The notes beneath the pieces were generated by a model. That model had not been told where the DNA came from. It saw only the letters and a list, made by a program, of their open reading frames with translations, and did not search any database. From Deltaproteobacteria bacterium (GTDB lineage Bacteria > Myxococcota_A > Polyangia > Fen-1088): a DNA stretch of 64,000 nt. Made by a program: the position numbers and the translations under genes. The DNA lies in contig JANRKS010000040.1 in NCBI GenBank assembly GCA_033763315.1, positions 235,631 through 299,630 on the forward strand. Direction: 5' to 3'. Shown in pieces: positions 1-10,272 of the stretch (its first letter is position 1; each line of letters starts with the position of its first letter).

Positions 1-369
1 AGCCATGGCTTTCGCTACATCAACACACGCATCGCCCGACGGTCCCTGAAGGCGACGGGCTGCGAGGACAACGGCGCCACCATCGCCGCTCAGCATGAGG
101 CGGACGTGTTGTTTGTCAAAGACATCATGAACATGGAGCACCCAGACACAGCGTCGTTCCTCAAGACGCTGCGCCGCCTTTTAACCCTTCTGTGCGCGTA
201 CTACATGCATGGCGATGCGAAGGAGACGTTGCAGGTCGCAGCGTCGTTCCTGCCCGCCGCACGCCCCACCCTGGCGGCTTTCGAGAGTTGGATCAACCAA
301 GTGGCGGACGTGCAAGCCGCTCACCTCAAGGCTGGTGGCCAATCTTTGTGGCACCGCGATCACACCTAA
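1..369 (+). CDS. 3' part of a probable FkbM-family methyltransferase (truncated by window edge)
   Basis: Frame 1 is open from base 1 (SHGFRYINTR...HEADVLFVKD). The HGF...ADxLFVKD pattern resembles FkbM C-termini. The stop lies 6 nt before the next gene. Confidence 0.5.
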   Translation, partial: SHGFRYINTRIARRSLKATGCEDNGATIAAQHEADVLFVKDIMNMEHPDTASFLKTLRRLLTLLCAYYMHGDAKETLQVAASFLPAARPTLAAFESWINQVADVQAAHLKAGGQSLWHRDHT

Positions 370-375
370 GGAACC

Positions 376-2541
376 ATGAACCAGCCCACATCGCAACCCA
401 CATTGCCCCGCGTCTTCGAGTCGCAACCGCCCGCCACCCAAGCCGCCATCATGGTGGCTCAAGCGCGATCGCTATTGGCATTTGGTGAACCGGGAGCCGC
501 GGCTCGTCTGTTGTCAGGCTCGATGCATTTGGCGCCGCATTCTGTGGATTTGCTGCAAACGTTGGCCGATTGCTTTTTGGCGCAAAGCGATCTTGCTTCC
601 GTGAAAGACACCATGGAGTACGCGCGGCGCTTGCATCCCGACGATGTAGACATCGCCGCGCGCATCGCGCTGTCGGCTCTCGCAGGCTTGCCGGCGAATG
701 AGCCAGCGGTTCAAGCGCCGCCGATTCAGGCTCAAGCGCACAAACCCACCTGCGTTTTCATCAACACCTACTACCCCGCCTTTCTCGCGTCCTTCCGCGC
801 ACGTCAGCCAGGCTTGGCAAATGCGCCTTACGAAAAGCAGAAGGCAGACCTGCTTGGCACCTGCTTTGGTGACAGTGACTTCTATTCTTCGGGCCTGCGC
901 AAAGCGGGCTGGATCGCAGACGAATTGGTGGTGAACGATGTGGACTTGGCCCAAGCATGGAGCCAAGCTCATGGCTTCTCATTTACGCAACCGTTAGACG
1001 TCGCGGTGGAGCAGATCCGTCGCCTGCGTCCTGATGTTGTGTACCTGCAAGACCTGGGCATCGCCGACACGGCTTTTGTGAGCCGCATTCGTCCCTACAC
1101 GCAACTGATCGTGGGGCAGATTGCGTCGCCCATGCCACCGCAAACGGACTTGCGTGGCTTTGATCTAATCATCACGTCTTTCCCCCACTTTGCAGATCGC
1201 TTGCGGCAAGCGGGCGTCACCGCGTATTACCAGCCGCTGGCCTTCTCACGTAAGGTCCTCGATCGTGCAAAGCCAGGCGCGCGGACGCGGCCGTTGACCT
1301 TCGTGGGAGGACTGTCGCCACAGCATCCGGCAGGCACCGAGCTGCTTAACAGGTTGGCGCAATCCACCAACATTGAAATCTGGGGTTACGGCGCGGCGGC
1401 ACTGCCACCCGACTCGGCCATTCGCGCCCGCCACCGCGGCGAAGCGTGGGGGGAGGATATGTTCCGCCTGCTGGCCGAATCACAAATCACCGTGAACCGG
1501 CATATCGCGGTGGCTGAGAACCACGCCAATAACATGCGCTTGTTTGAAGCCACGGGCTGCGGGGCTCTGCTGATCACTGATTACAAGGACAACCTGCAGG
1601 ACCTGTTTGACATCGGAAAAGAAGTGGTGGCCTACCGCTCGCCACAAGAATGCGAGGCTTTGATTCAGTATTACCAAGCGCACCCCGCGGAGGCGGAACA
1701 GATCGCAAAAGCCGGCCAAGCGCGCACCTGGCGAGACCACAGCTACGACGCGCGTCTGCAGGACACAGCGGCGATTCTGGAGCGTCACCTTCGCCACAAG
1801 CGTGAGGTGGATGCGTTTGCGGCCGTGGATCTCGGTGCCGTATCCACCGCCTATAGGGCCATGGACGCGGCCCACGTGACGCCAGCACTGATAGACGCGT
1901 GGAAAAACGAACAATTGCCACAACGACAGCGAGCCCTGGTGCACCGCGAGCTTGGCGAAATGTATAAAGGGCGGGATGTTGTGCCCTTCAAGGTTCTGGC
2001 CGACGCCCTCAATCCCGAGCTCGGTCGCATGCCTGCCGGCACCAAATCCCTATTAGAGATTGGTTGCGCCAGTGGGTACTACTTTGAAGTGCTGCGCTTT
2101 TTGTGCAAACAACCCATCGCCTATACAGGCGTCGACTATTCGCCGGCGATGATAGCGATGGCGAAGGACTATTACCCGCAGGCGACGTTCAGTGTGGAAG
2201 ATGGCGCCAAGCTGCCGTTTGCAGACCGCAGTTTTGACGTGGTTGTGTCGTCCTGCGTTTTGCTCCACGTGCCAAACTATCGTGAGCACATCCAAGAGAC
2301 GGCGCGTGTGGCGCGCGACCTCGTGGTGGTGCACCGAACGCCGGTGTCGCGACGCCAACCGACCAAGCACCTGCACAAGCAGGGCTATGGGGTGGATATG
2401 GTGGAGCTGCAGTTCAACGAGACTGAGCTAAACCAACTGTGGAACGCCGCGGGATTTACGCTGGTTTCAGGCATTCAGTACCACGCCGATGAAGCGGCTG
2501 ACGAGTATGGCGTGACTTACGTCTACAAAAAGGTGGCGTGA
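376..2541 (+). CDS. TPR + CgeB/Glyco_trans_1_2-type glycosyltransferase + class I SAM methyltransferase fusion
   Basis: N-terminal TPR-like helices; NMRLFEATGCG GT motif; C-terminal LLEIGCASGY SAM motif I and FDVVVSSCVLLH. AAGGA precedes the ATG. Confidence 0.8.
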   Translation: MNQPTSQPTLPRVFESQPPATQAAIMVAQARSLLAFGEPGAAARLLSGSMHLAPHSVDLLQTLADCFLAQSDLASVKDTMEYARRLHPDDVDIAARIALSALAGLPANEPAVQAPPIQAQAHKPTCVFINTYYPAFLASFRARQPGLANAPYEKQKADLLGTCFGDSDFYSSGLRKAGWIADELVVNDVDLAQAWSQAHGFSFTQPLDVAVEQIRRLRPDVVYLQDLGIADTAFVSRIRPYTQLIVGQIASPMPPQTDLRGFDLIITSFPHFADRLRQAGVTAYYQPLAFSRKVLDRAKPGARTRPLTFVGGLSPQHPAGTELLNRLAQSTNIEIWGYGAAALPPDSAIRARHRGEAWGEDMFRLLAESQITVNRHIAVAENHANNMRLFEATGCGALLITDYKDNLQDLFDIGKEVVAYRSPQECEALIQYYQAHPAEAEQIAKAGQARTWRDHSYDARLQDTAAILERHLRHKREVDAFAAVDLGAVSTAYRAMDAAHVTPALIDAWKNEQLPQRQRALVHRELGEMYKGRDVVPFKVLADALNPELGRMPAGTKSLLEIGCASGYYFEVLRFLCKQPIAYTGVDYSPAMIAMAKDYYPQATFSVEDGAKLPFADRSFDVVVSSCVLLHVPNYREHIQETARVARDLVVVHRTPVSRRQPTKHLHKQGYGVDMVELQFNETELNQLWNAAGFTLVSGIQYHADEAADEYGVTYVYKKVA

Positions 2542-4292
2542 TGGAAACCCGGCGAAGCTATTGTACGCAGTCGGACAGCAATTACCTCACGCGGGGCATT
2601 GCGCTGTGCGAATCGATGCAGCGCCATGAGAAACACCCGTACGTTATCTATTACGTATGCCTCGACGAAATCACCCGCACAGTGCTTGAAGCGTTGCGGT
2701 TGCCCAATGTGATCCCCGTGCCTTTGCACGACGTGGAGCGTGGCAATGAGCCGCTGCGGGTGGCGCGCGGCAATCGCTCTCTGGTTGAATACTATTGGAC
2801 GCTGACGGCCACCATCTTGGATTGGGTGATGGAGCAGCACCCCCAGATCCACACCCTCACTTACCTCGACGCGGATCTATACTTCTATTCCTCTCCGGAT
2901 CCGGTTTTTGAGGAGCTCAAGCAGGGATCCGTCGCCATCCATGAGCACCGGTTCTCGCCCGAACTCGCACACTTGGCGGTTGAGAACGGGCGCTTCAACG
3001 TGGGCCTTATGAGTTTTCGGCGCGACAGCAACGGCATGGCGGCGTTGCGCTGGTGGCGCGATCGCTGCCTTGAGTGGTGCTATGCCAAGCCCGAAGATGG
3101 CAAGCTAGGCGATCAAAAGTATCTGGAACAATTCCAAACACGTTTTAGTGGCGTGGTGGTGCTGCAACACCTGGGCATCGCGTTGGCGCCCTGGAACCAA
3201 TCGCAGTTCACGATTCAAAGCTCCCCGGGCACCACGCCCACAATCAACGGCCAGCCGCTGGTGTTTTTTCACTTTCACGCCTTGGCCGTGCCAGATCCCG
3301 ATGTGGTGATCGCAGCCAAACACGCCTATGTGGTGGGTGAGTCAGTGGTGCGCGCGTGTTACGTCCCCTACTGTGAGGCGCTCGATCGGGCCGCCGCACG
3401 CATCAGGGGCGTTGCACCCAGCTCTTCTTTCGGCATGCACGAACCGGTGCCCGTCCGCGCTGAACACGCCCTGATCGTGAAGCAAGGCGCGCTCGGCGCC
3501 AAGCCGGGACTGGCGCCCATTGCCACGCAACGACGGCGGGTATCCATGGGTGCGTGGGACGCCTATTTCCCTGATCCCGCCGCACGACCGGTGCACACCG
3601 AACAGGCTCATGACACCCAAGGCAGCGGCGACGAGTTGCTGCTGTCTTTGCATGGCTTGCTGATCACGCGCAAGGTTGAGACATTGGTGTTCGCGGGGGC
3701 ACATCTGTTTCAAGAAGCCTCGTTGCTGTTCACGTTGCTGCCGAAGCTCAAACGGGTTTACCTGTTTGAGCCGCTGCCTCAGCTCTTCGCCAAGCTCAAG
3801 CAATGGGAAGTGCGCGATCCGCGCGTGCGGGTGTTTCCTTATGCGCTCAGCGACGGCGACGGGCAGGCCACCTTTCACGTCACCAACAACGACGCGCAAT
3901 CCAGCTCGCTGCTGCCGTTGGCGAAGCACACGGAGATCTTCCCCGAAGTGGTTGAAGTGGAGAAGATCACCGTGGAGCGAAAAACACTGGCCAGTGTGAT
4001 GGCTTTTCATGATCTTGCGCCGCCAGATATGCTGTTTATCGACACGCAGGGCGCCGAGTACCAAATCCTGTCGTCGTTGTCTCAAGATCTCTTGCGTGGG
4101 GTGTCCCTCATCTACACGGAGGTGAGCACGGAAGAGCTCTATGCCGGAGGCCGCACCTTGGATGACATCAAAGCCTTGCTGGCACCCGAATTCGTGTTCG
4201 TGGCGTTTGCGCCGTTGTTTCCTCACACCCCTACGCACGGAAACGCGCTGTTTGTGAATCAAAATGCGACGTGGCTGCTCAAGCAGGGCTAA
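2538..4292 (+). CDS. GT-A glycosyltransferase + FkbM-family methyltransferase fusion
   Basis: YLDADLYF DxD motif and FNVG...DQKYL in the N-half; FAGAH...FEP, SSSLL and IDTQGAEY FkbM motifs in the C-half. Start overlaps the upstream stop. Confidence 0.75.
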   Translation: MMETRRSYCTQSDSNYLTRGIALCESMQRHEKHPYVIYYVCLDEITRTVLEALRLPNVIPVPLHDVERGNEPLRVARGNRSLVEYYWTLTATILDWVMEQHPQIHTLTYLDADLYFYSSPDPVFEELKQGSVAIHEHRFSPELAHLAVENGRFNVGLMSFRRDSNGMAALRWWRDRCLEWCYAKPEDGKLGDQKYLEQFQTRFSGVVVLQHLGIALAPWNQSQFTIQSSPGTTPTINGQPLVFFHFHALAVPDPDVVIAAKHAYVVGESVVRACYVPYCEALDRAAARIRGVAPSSSFGMHEPVPVRAEHALIVKQGALGAKPGLAPIATQRRRVSMGAWDAYFPDPAARPVHTEQAHDTQGSGDELLLSLHGLLITRKVETLVFAGAHLFQEASLLFTLLPKLKRVYLFEPLPQLFAKLKQWEVRDPRVRVFPYALSDGDGQATFHVTNNDAQSSSLLPLAKHTEIFPEVVEVEKITVERKTLASVMAFHDLAPPDMLFIDTQGAEYQILSSLSQDLLRGVSLIYTEVSTEELYAGGRTLDDIKALLAPEFVFVAFAPLFPHTPTHGNALFVNQNATWLLKQG

Positions 4293-6049
4293 GGGCTGTT
4301 GGCAAACGCATAGAGGCGCACAAACAGCCCCGTCAAACTTGTGGGCACTCGCTCTCCGTGCCACGTTTGCAGGAGTCGACGCATATGCGTTTTGATGAGC
4401 GCCAGCTCCTCGGCTTCCGTGGTCAAACGAAACGCCTCAGGATCCAGCAAAGGCAGCAACGAATCTGCCCCCTGCTCCACCACATCACTCAACAGATCGG
4501 CCTGCCGCAGCCGATCGGCGCGCTGGTATACATCAAGCCGAGCCTCGGCCGCGTGAGCGATGCTGCTTAACTTGTGGCGACCGTAAACGCCAATCGGTGT
4601 GTGTTGCGGCAAGGGATAGCTTTGCCGCAAATCGAATAAGGACCGGTGATGGTCAAAGGCGTACCACCGAAACGCCTGCACGATCCGTTCGGCCCGCCAG
4701 CCGTCCGCCAGCGCGCTTTCAATCGCAGCAAAATAGTGTTCGCGGCTTTCGTCACCCACATAGTTGAGCTCCGGCGGATAGAACACCAGCTCCTTGGAAT
4801 AGATGACCGCAGGAATCCCGAGCAGCGCCATCTCCTTGCCCGCGCTTGACCAGGCATTAAGAAAGACGTCCGTGATCTCTGCCAGATCGAAGATCGAAAT
4901 CTCGTCTGTGGGCCAGTTAACCCGTACGTTGGCGGGAAGCGTGGCGAAGAGCTGTTTTAGCTTCGCAGCGTGCTGCGAAACGTTGCCGCGAAACTCACGC
5001 GGGTGCACCCGAATGATGAAGAACAAGTCGGGACGATCGGCGACGTATTCGATCACCGCTTGCACCCAATCAGCTTGACGGTCAAAGAGCAACCGGCCTG
5101 AATAATCAGGCAGGGCATGCACAGCCTCGGCCGCAAACCGTTCATCGTAGCTGCTCATCGTTGCAACCAACACGCTGGCGCCGCCCGGCACGCCGAAGCG
5201 TTCGCGCAGATCGCCCACATCTTTATTGCGCGCCGATGAATACGCCCAATGACCAATGCCTTGGATCAAGGTTAGGAAGTGATCCACCGTCTGCGAGATC
5301 TCATCGCCCCCCGCGGGAATGCCACTCCACCGGGGCCAGTCGGCAATCTGCTGGGCAAAAAAGTCAAACGTGTATCGGCGCGTGAGGAAGATGTATTGAA
5401 TTCGATGCGCAAGATTGGCGCCGGCGTGCAGCGAATAGCAAGGAATGCCTTGCGATTCCACGTAGTGAAGGAAGATCTGGTTTACGGGGTAAAGCGCGTT
5501 GTAAATGATTACGCGCTCGGGCTTTTCCTGTGCCACCAGCTTCTTGGCCGCCGCCAAACCAAGCAGCGTGTTGAACAGCTCGATGCGGTAGATCGCCATC
5601 TCTTCGGCACTGAAATGCAGATCAATACGCTTCGTATCAAGCAGCAGTACATAAAGCGCCGTGCGACCCACGGGCATGCCGTCAACGAAGTAATTCTCAA
5701 CGCCCTCTTTCGGGCACGCTTCGAGCATCTCGTTGGCCCAGGTGACGTCGGCCTCGGTGATGACATCCGAGAGCCGGCAGCCCGGCAACGCCATATTTGT
5801 GCGCAGCAGTTCGCCTTGAAAATGGCAAAGCGCGCACACCCGCGATCGCACCTCAAGCGAACTGCCGTGCGGCGCGCTGTTGGCGTCCATGGCCTCGCAG
5901 TGGTTTTTCAACACCTCGCCGCACGTGACGTAACAAACGTCATGCCCCGACTTCATCAGAGATTCAGCGAGCACAGCTTCGGGAAACGCATGCACCCAAA
6001 TCGCTGCGCGCGGGCTTAAAAACAGCACCTTTTTCTTACTTGTGCTCAC
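4289..6049 (-). CDS. Capsule-biosynthesis (KpsS-like, GT-B) protein; candidate nonulosonate transferase
   Basis: IRVHP motif and WSSAGKEMALLGIP segment. Last gene of the pse operon. GTG start chosen at 6049, just after the pseI stop. Confidence 0.55.
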   Translation of the reverse strand: MSTSKKKVLFLSPRAAIWVHAFPEAVLAESLMKSGHDVCYVTCGEVLKNHCEAMDANSAPHGSSLEVRSRVCALCHFQGELLRTNMALPGCRLSDVITEADVTWANEMLEACPKEGVENYFVDGMPVGRTALYVLLLDTKRIDLHFSAEEMAIYRIELFNTLLGLAAAKKLVAQEKPERVIIYNALYPVNQIFLHYVESQGIPCYSLHAGANLAHRIQYIFLTRRYTFDFFAQQIADWPRWSGIPAGGDEISQTVDHFLTLIQGIGHWAYSSARNKDVGDLRERFGVPGGASVLVATMSSYDERFAAEAVHALPDYSGRLLFDRQADWVQAVIEYVADRPDLFFIIRVHPREFRGNVSQHAAKLKQLFATLPANVRVNWPTDEISIFDLAEITDVFLNAWSSAGKEMALLGIPAVIYSKELVFYPPELNYVGDESREHYFAAIESALADGWRAERIVQAFRWYAFDHHRSLFDLRQSYPLPQHTPIGVYGRHKLSSIAHAAEARLDVYQRADRLRQADLLSDVVEQGADSLLPLLDPEAFRLTTEAEELALIKTHMRRLLQTWHGERVPTSLTGLFVRLYAFANSP

Positions 6050-6057
6050 GGCGGTTC

Positions 6058-7113
6058 CTATTCCAGCATATCCCAAGTCAATGCCGTGCCCCGCTTTAGC
6101 GCCCGCTTGAGCTTCCGCCCCAGCACCTGCTCGAAGTGTTTGGGGGCCATGGCGAACCCCGGACGAATGACACGCAAGTTCTGGCGCGTGAGCGGCTCAC
6201 CCGCGGCCACGTCAGCAACAACATAAAGCGACCGCCGAAACACGCGCGATCCCGCTTCGGCCTTCAATGTGCCGTACCTCACCTCACCCAACGCCTGCCA
6301 GGCACGTTCGGTTTCCACCACCAACGACGCCATTTCAGCAGGCTCAAGCGAAAACGTGGAATCCACCCCGCCATCGCGCCTCGCCAGCGTGAAGTGCTTC
6401 TCCACCACGGTGGCCCCCAGCGCCACCGCCGCCACCGCCGCGCCCACACCCATGGTGTGATCCGAAAGACCCACTTCCACATCGAACAACTGGCGCAAAT
6501 GAGGAATCGTTCGCAGGTGCGAGTTCAGCGGTGTTGCTGGATAGGTGCTCGTGCATTTGAGCAAAATAAGGTCCCGGCAACCGCCCGCGCGAGCCGTGGT
6601 CACCATCTCTTCAAGTTCGGCCAAACTGGCCATGCCGGTGGAGATGATCATCGGCTTGCCCGTGCCAGCCACCTTGCGGATCAAAGGCAGATCGGTGTTC
6701 TCGAACGAGGCAATCTTGTAGCAAGGCACCGCAAGCGATTCCAAGAAATCAACCGCCGTTTCGTCGAACGGGGTGGAGAAACACAGCATGTTGCGTTCAG
6801 CGGCCCGCGCAAAAAGTGCCGCGTGCCAATCCCATGGCGTGTGTGCTTCTTGGTAAAGCTCGTACAGGGAGCGCCCCGCCCACAGACTCTTCGGATCGTT
6901 GATGCGAAAATCGCCCTCATCAAGATCTATGGTCATCGTATCGGCGGTGTACGTTTGCAGCTTGATCGCATGGGCACCCGCGTCGGCCGCGGCGTCTACG
7001 ATGGCCAACGCCCGCTCAAGCGATTGGTTGTGGTTGCCCGACATTTCAGCGATCACAAACGGCGCGTGAGCGAGGCCCACGGCGCGCGACCCGATGTGCA
7101 AGGTTTTGCTCAT
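6058..7113 (-). CDS. pseI: Pseudaminic acid synthase (NeuB family)
   Basis: IAEMSGNHNQS, KLQTYTADT, KIASFE, GLSDHT, EKHFTL and a C-terminal SAF domain. ATG 7113 overlaps the upstream TGA. Confidence 0.92.
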   Translation of the reverse strand: MSKTLHIGSRAVGLAHAPFVIAEMSGNHNQSLERALAIVDAAADAGAHAIKLQTYTADTMTIDLDEGDFRINDPKSLWAGRSLYELYQEAHTPWDWHAALFARAAERNMLCFSTPFDETAVDFLESLAVPCYKIASFENTDLPLIRKVAGTGKPMIISTGMASLAELEEMVTTARAGGCRDLILLKCTSTYPATPLNSHLRTIPHLRQLFDVEVGLSDHTMGVGAAVAAVALGATVVEKHFTLARRDGGVDSTFSLEPAEMASLVVETERAWQALGEVRYGTLKAEAGSRVFRRSLYVVADVAAGEPLTRQNLRVIRPGFAMAPKHFEQVLGRKLKRALKRGTALTWDMLE

Positions 7114-7856
7114 GCTTTCCCCGTGTTCTCCAAATGGCGCCCCACCATGAATGCTTCGGCCGCCTCCATGCCCACAGAAGCGCCCCGCCATAGGGCAAGA
7201 TGGGTCACGGCTTCAATCGATCGCGCGTGTGGCCAGGCACGCATCTCGCTGCTGTAGCACCGTAAGGCCTCTTGCTTGCGTGGCAAGGTGGCGCCAACGT
7301 CCACAAACCACGTGGGCACAAATGGTGCGCTCGCAGGATTCCATTCGGTGCTCGACGGCACTTCAAAGAACAGCAAGGTTTGCACAAAGAAGCCCGGCTG
7401 CGGGCGGCAAGCCGTCACCACTGCGTTGTGCACGCACGCGTGATCCACATTGAGATCCGATCGATTGTGCGTGTAAACCACCGCGGGCCGGTGCGTGGCT
7501 AAAAATGCTTCCACCACTTTAACAACGTCGAGAAGCGCCACAGTGTCCATGCGGTTGTCGGGAAAGTCGTGCAACACCAACGATGACGTTCCCAACACAG
7601 CATGCGCGGCTTCGGCCGCCTGCCGCAGTTGAGAAAGGCCGCTTTTGTGCGCCCCCACGTCGCGCGTGGGATCTCGGCTCGTCAGCCCTTCCGCCAAAAT
7701 GAGCACCGCCACGGTATCGCCCTCGGCAACGTGGCGAGCGATCACGCCGCCGCACCCCAACACTTCGTCATCGGGGTGTGCCGCGATCACAGCCACGCGG
7801 CGAGGGCCTTTGTTGTTGACGATGGAGCTCATGAAAATCTGTGCCTTTGCCTTCAA
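7110..7856 (-). CDS. PIG-L/LmbE family de-N-acetylase
   Basis: AAHPDDEVLGCGG, DLNVDH, EVPSSTEW and AEAF motifs. Confidence 0.9.
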   Translation of the reverse strand: MKAKAQIFMSSIVNNKGPRRVAVIAAHPDDEVLGCGGVIARHVAEGDTVAVLILAEGLTSRDPTRDVGAHKSGLSQLRQAAEAAHAVLGTSSLVLHDFPDNRMDTVALLDVVKVVEAFLATHRPAVVYTHNRSDLNVDHACVHNAVVTACRPQPGFFVQTLLFFEVPSSTEWNPASAPFVPTWFVDVGATLPRKQEALRCYSSEMRAWPHARSIEAVTHLALWRGASVGMEAAEAFMVGRHLENTGKA

Positions 7857-8542
7857 GAGCCTTTGGGTTTGGGCACCACGCGCACCTGTGCCGTCAGCGA
7901 TTCGCCCTGCAGGCTGGCATGGCTGAACTCGAACCTCAAGAATTCCGTTTCGATGAACGCCGCTGGATACCCCGGGGCGTCCAACATGCGTATGAAGTCG
8001 TACGCGGCGTCAATCGATGTGACTTGCGCCATTTCACTTTCGTGCGGCCTGCGCCGGGCGAACGCCACGGCCTCTCCGGTTTGCGGCATCGGTGTTGGCC
8101 TCGTCGCCACAATTTCCGCAATCATGTCCTCGATGAGATGGGTGCCGCGGATGTAGATCTCTTCCGCGCGCCCCGCAAGCGAAAGCGGCCGCTTGAGGTA
8201 GACAGGCCCTGTATCGAGCCCCGCCTCACAGCGCAGCGCCGTCATCTGAGTGTCCTGCACGCCACGCACCAACAGGTTCTGCAGGGGGCTGCCGCCGCGG
8301 CCAAACGGCACGTCGGTCATGTGGAAGATCACGCACGTAAACGTGTCAAACACGCTGGCGGGGATCCGATGAGACCAGTGCGGAAAGAACACCCAGTCGG
8401 GCGCGAACGCCTTCAGCGCCTCCGCGGTGAGCTGTTCGGGAGCGGTGATGTGCCTTGTGACGGCGCCGCACCTGGCAGCCACGCGCTCGGCAAGGCCGGG
8501 CACCCAATCCCTCGAAGTGGCGATGACGATCCGTGGCTTCAT
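7853..8542 (-). CDS. Stand-alone N-formyltransferase (Fmt-like)
   Basis: FHMTDVPFGRGGSPLQNL, LDTGPVY and IRMLDAPGYP. Translationally coupled on both sides. Confidence 0.85.
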   Translation of the reverse strand: MKPRIVIATSRDWVPGLAERVAARCGAVTRHITAPEQLTAEALKAFAPDWVFFPHWSHRIPASVFDTFTCVIFHMTDVPFGRGGSPLQNLLVRGVQDTQMTALRCEAGLDTGPVYLKRPLSLAGRAEEIYIRGTHLIEDMIAEIVATRPTPMPQTGEAVAFARRRPHESEMAQVTSIDAAYDFIRMLDAPGYPAAFIETEFLRFEFSHASLQGESLTAQVRVVPKPKGS

Positions 8543-10272
8543 GACGACCGCCGGTCCTTCTCAATACGCAACACGTACCGCACACCGTGGTGATCGAAGA
8601 ACGCAGGATAGGCGTCGTTGTCCACCACCCGCAGCAAGTTGAATTGTTCAGCCAACGTGAGCGCAGGATCGAGGCGGCTGTCTTCGGCGCGCCTTCGGGG
8701 ATAGGTGCTTGGGGTGCCCCTTTGCTCGCACGCCGTTTGTACAGCCTCGGGGTAATTCTGCACCCACCACTGGCACAGGCGCAACGTAGCCTCGGCTTGC
8801 AAGGCGCGCAACTCATCGACCAGCTCATGACCTTGCAGCTGCATTTGGGTCTGCGCATAGATCGGCCCGCTGTCCACGCTGAGCTGTGCCTCGAACAAAG
8901 TTACGGGTATGCAAGCCTTGCCCTCAAGAACTTGCCACGTCATCGGTGACCAGCCACGGCCGCGTGGCAGATCACTTTCATGCACCACCACATTGTGCAC
9001 GTTTCGCGCAAGAATCGCCGCGCCAGCCAGCTGGCCGCAACTCAAGAACAGCGCACAATCGCCCATCCCCAGCGCGTTGACTTGATGCACCCACGTCACC
9101 TCGTGGCCAGCCGCCTTCCACCCATCAAGCAAAGGTGGCAGAAAGCGGTTAAGCCAGCTGTGCTCATCGGAAACAACGTTTAAGCGGAGGCGACGATCAA
9201 GCGCCGCCGCCGCGCGCGCGGCGCCCTGCCCGTCGACCAGACGCTGGCCTCGTTGCGACAGGCGCGCAAGCAACGAGGGCCGCGCCAGCATTCGCGCGAT
9301 GGCCGAGGCCACAGCGTCAATGGTCAGAGCCTCCGCGTTCCCCAAAAACCACGCAAACCGTTCGGCACCCGCGCCCTTGCCAATCTCTATCTGGTTGTGG
9401 GCGATCGCAATCAGGATCGCAGGCAGCCCCAAACAGCACCGTTCCCACGTGGAGATGCCTGGGGCGCCAATCATAAGATCCGCTGCCTGCATCAACGCCG
9501 CCATCTGGTCCGTCTGCACGTGAAGTTGCGCACGGGGCAAAGCCGCGCACAAGCGCGCCACCTCTTCCGCCTGCGGGTGGCTCTTGCCGATCACCACATC
9601 GATGTGAAGGTTCTCGCTCGCCACACGCTGCAGGGCCTGCAGCACCAAGCCAGTGACGTTGTGTGGATCGCCCCCGCCCAGGCTCACCAGCAAGCGACGC
9701 GCACTTACGGCTGGGTGTGGCCACAGGCGCGGCTTTTGGCGCCGCAGCTCGAGAAACGCGGGCCGCAACAGTGCAAAACGTGGCCCCAGCAACAGCCGAC
9801 AATTCGTGGGCACAAGGCCCTCGTAACGGCGGGGTTGCAACTGCAAATTGGCGTCCAGCAGAACATCGGCGTCGTGAGGGCGATCGGCCAAATCGTCGAT
9901 CACAGCCACTTGCTGCGCAAAGGCACGCAGGTTCCGCTCAGCACGCGCGTCGAGCGCGTAGTGATCCACCACCGCCCAATCCCAGCTTGACAAGGACCCA
10001 AGCGCAGCGTTGACCTGTTGCACTTCTTCGTCGAGGCTCGCGCCTAACCAGCGTGCGTGTCGTGGCCCCGCCGCCGTCGGATTGCCCAAAGGCAAAGCAA
10101 TCACTTCAAACCCTTGCGCCTTCACATGCTCGGAAAAGTGCCCAGGATGCAGCCGCGACAGAAACACAACTTGGGCACCGCGTGCCCGCAAAGCGGCTGC
10201 CAGCGCCAAGCAGCGCATGACGTGGCCAGAGCCAATCTCGGTCGAGGCGTCAGCCCTGACCAAAACCCTCAT
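8539..10272 (-). CDS. pseG: PseG UDP-sugar hydrolase fused to a C-terminal formyltransferase domain
   Basis: RADASTEIGSGHVMRCLALA, VVDHY, IDDLADR and TWERCCLGLP (PseG), then VHESDLPRGRGWSP and VDSGPIY (formyltransferase). ATG 10272 overlaps the pseC stop. Confidence 0.88.
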   Translation of the reverse strand: MRVLVRADASTEIGSGHVMRCLALAAALRARGAQVVFLSRLHPGHFSEHVKAQGFEVIALPLGNPTAAGPRHARWLGASLDEEVQQVNAALGSLSSWDWAVVDHYALDARAERNLRAFAQQVAVIDDLADRPHDADVLLDANLQLQPRRYEGLVPTNCRLLLGPRFALLRPAFLELRRQKPRLWPHPAVSARRLLVSLGGGDPHNVTGLVLQALQRVASENLHIDVVIGKSHPQAEEVARLCAALPRAQLHVQTDQMAALMQAADLMIGAPGISTWERCCLGLPAILIAIAHNQIEIGKGAGAERFAWFLGNAEALTIDAVASAIARMLARPSLLARLSQRGQRLVDGQGAARAAAALDRRLRLNVVSDEHSWLNRFLPPLLDGWKAAGHEVTWVHQVNALGMGDCALFLSCGQLAGAAILARNVHNVVVHESDLPRGRGWSPMTWQVLEGKACIPVTLFEAQLSVDSGPIYAQTQMQLQGHELVDELRALQAEATLRLCQWWVQNYPEAVQTACEQRGTPSTYPRRRAEDSRLDPALTLAEQFNLLRVVDNDAYPAFFDHHGVRYVLRIEKDRRSS

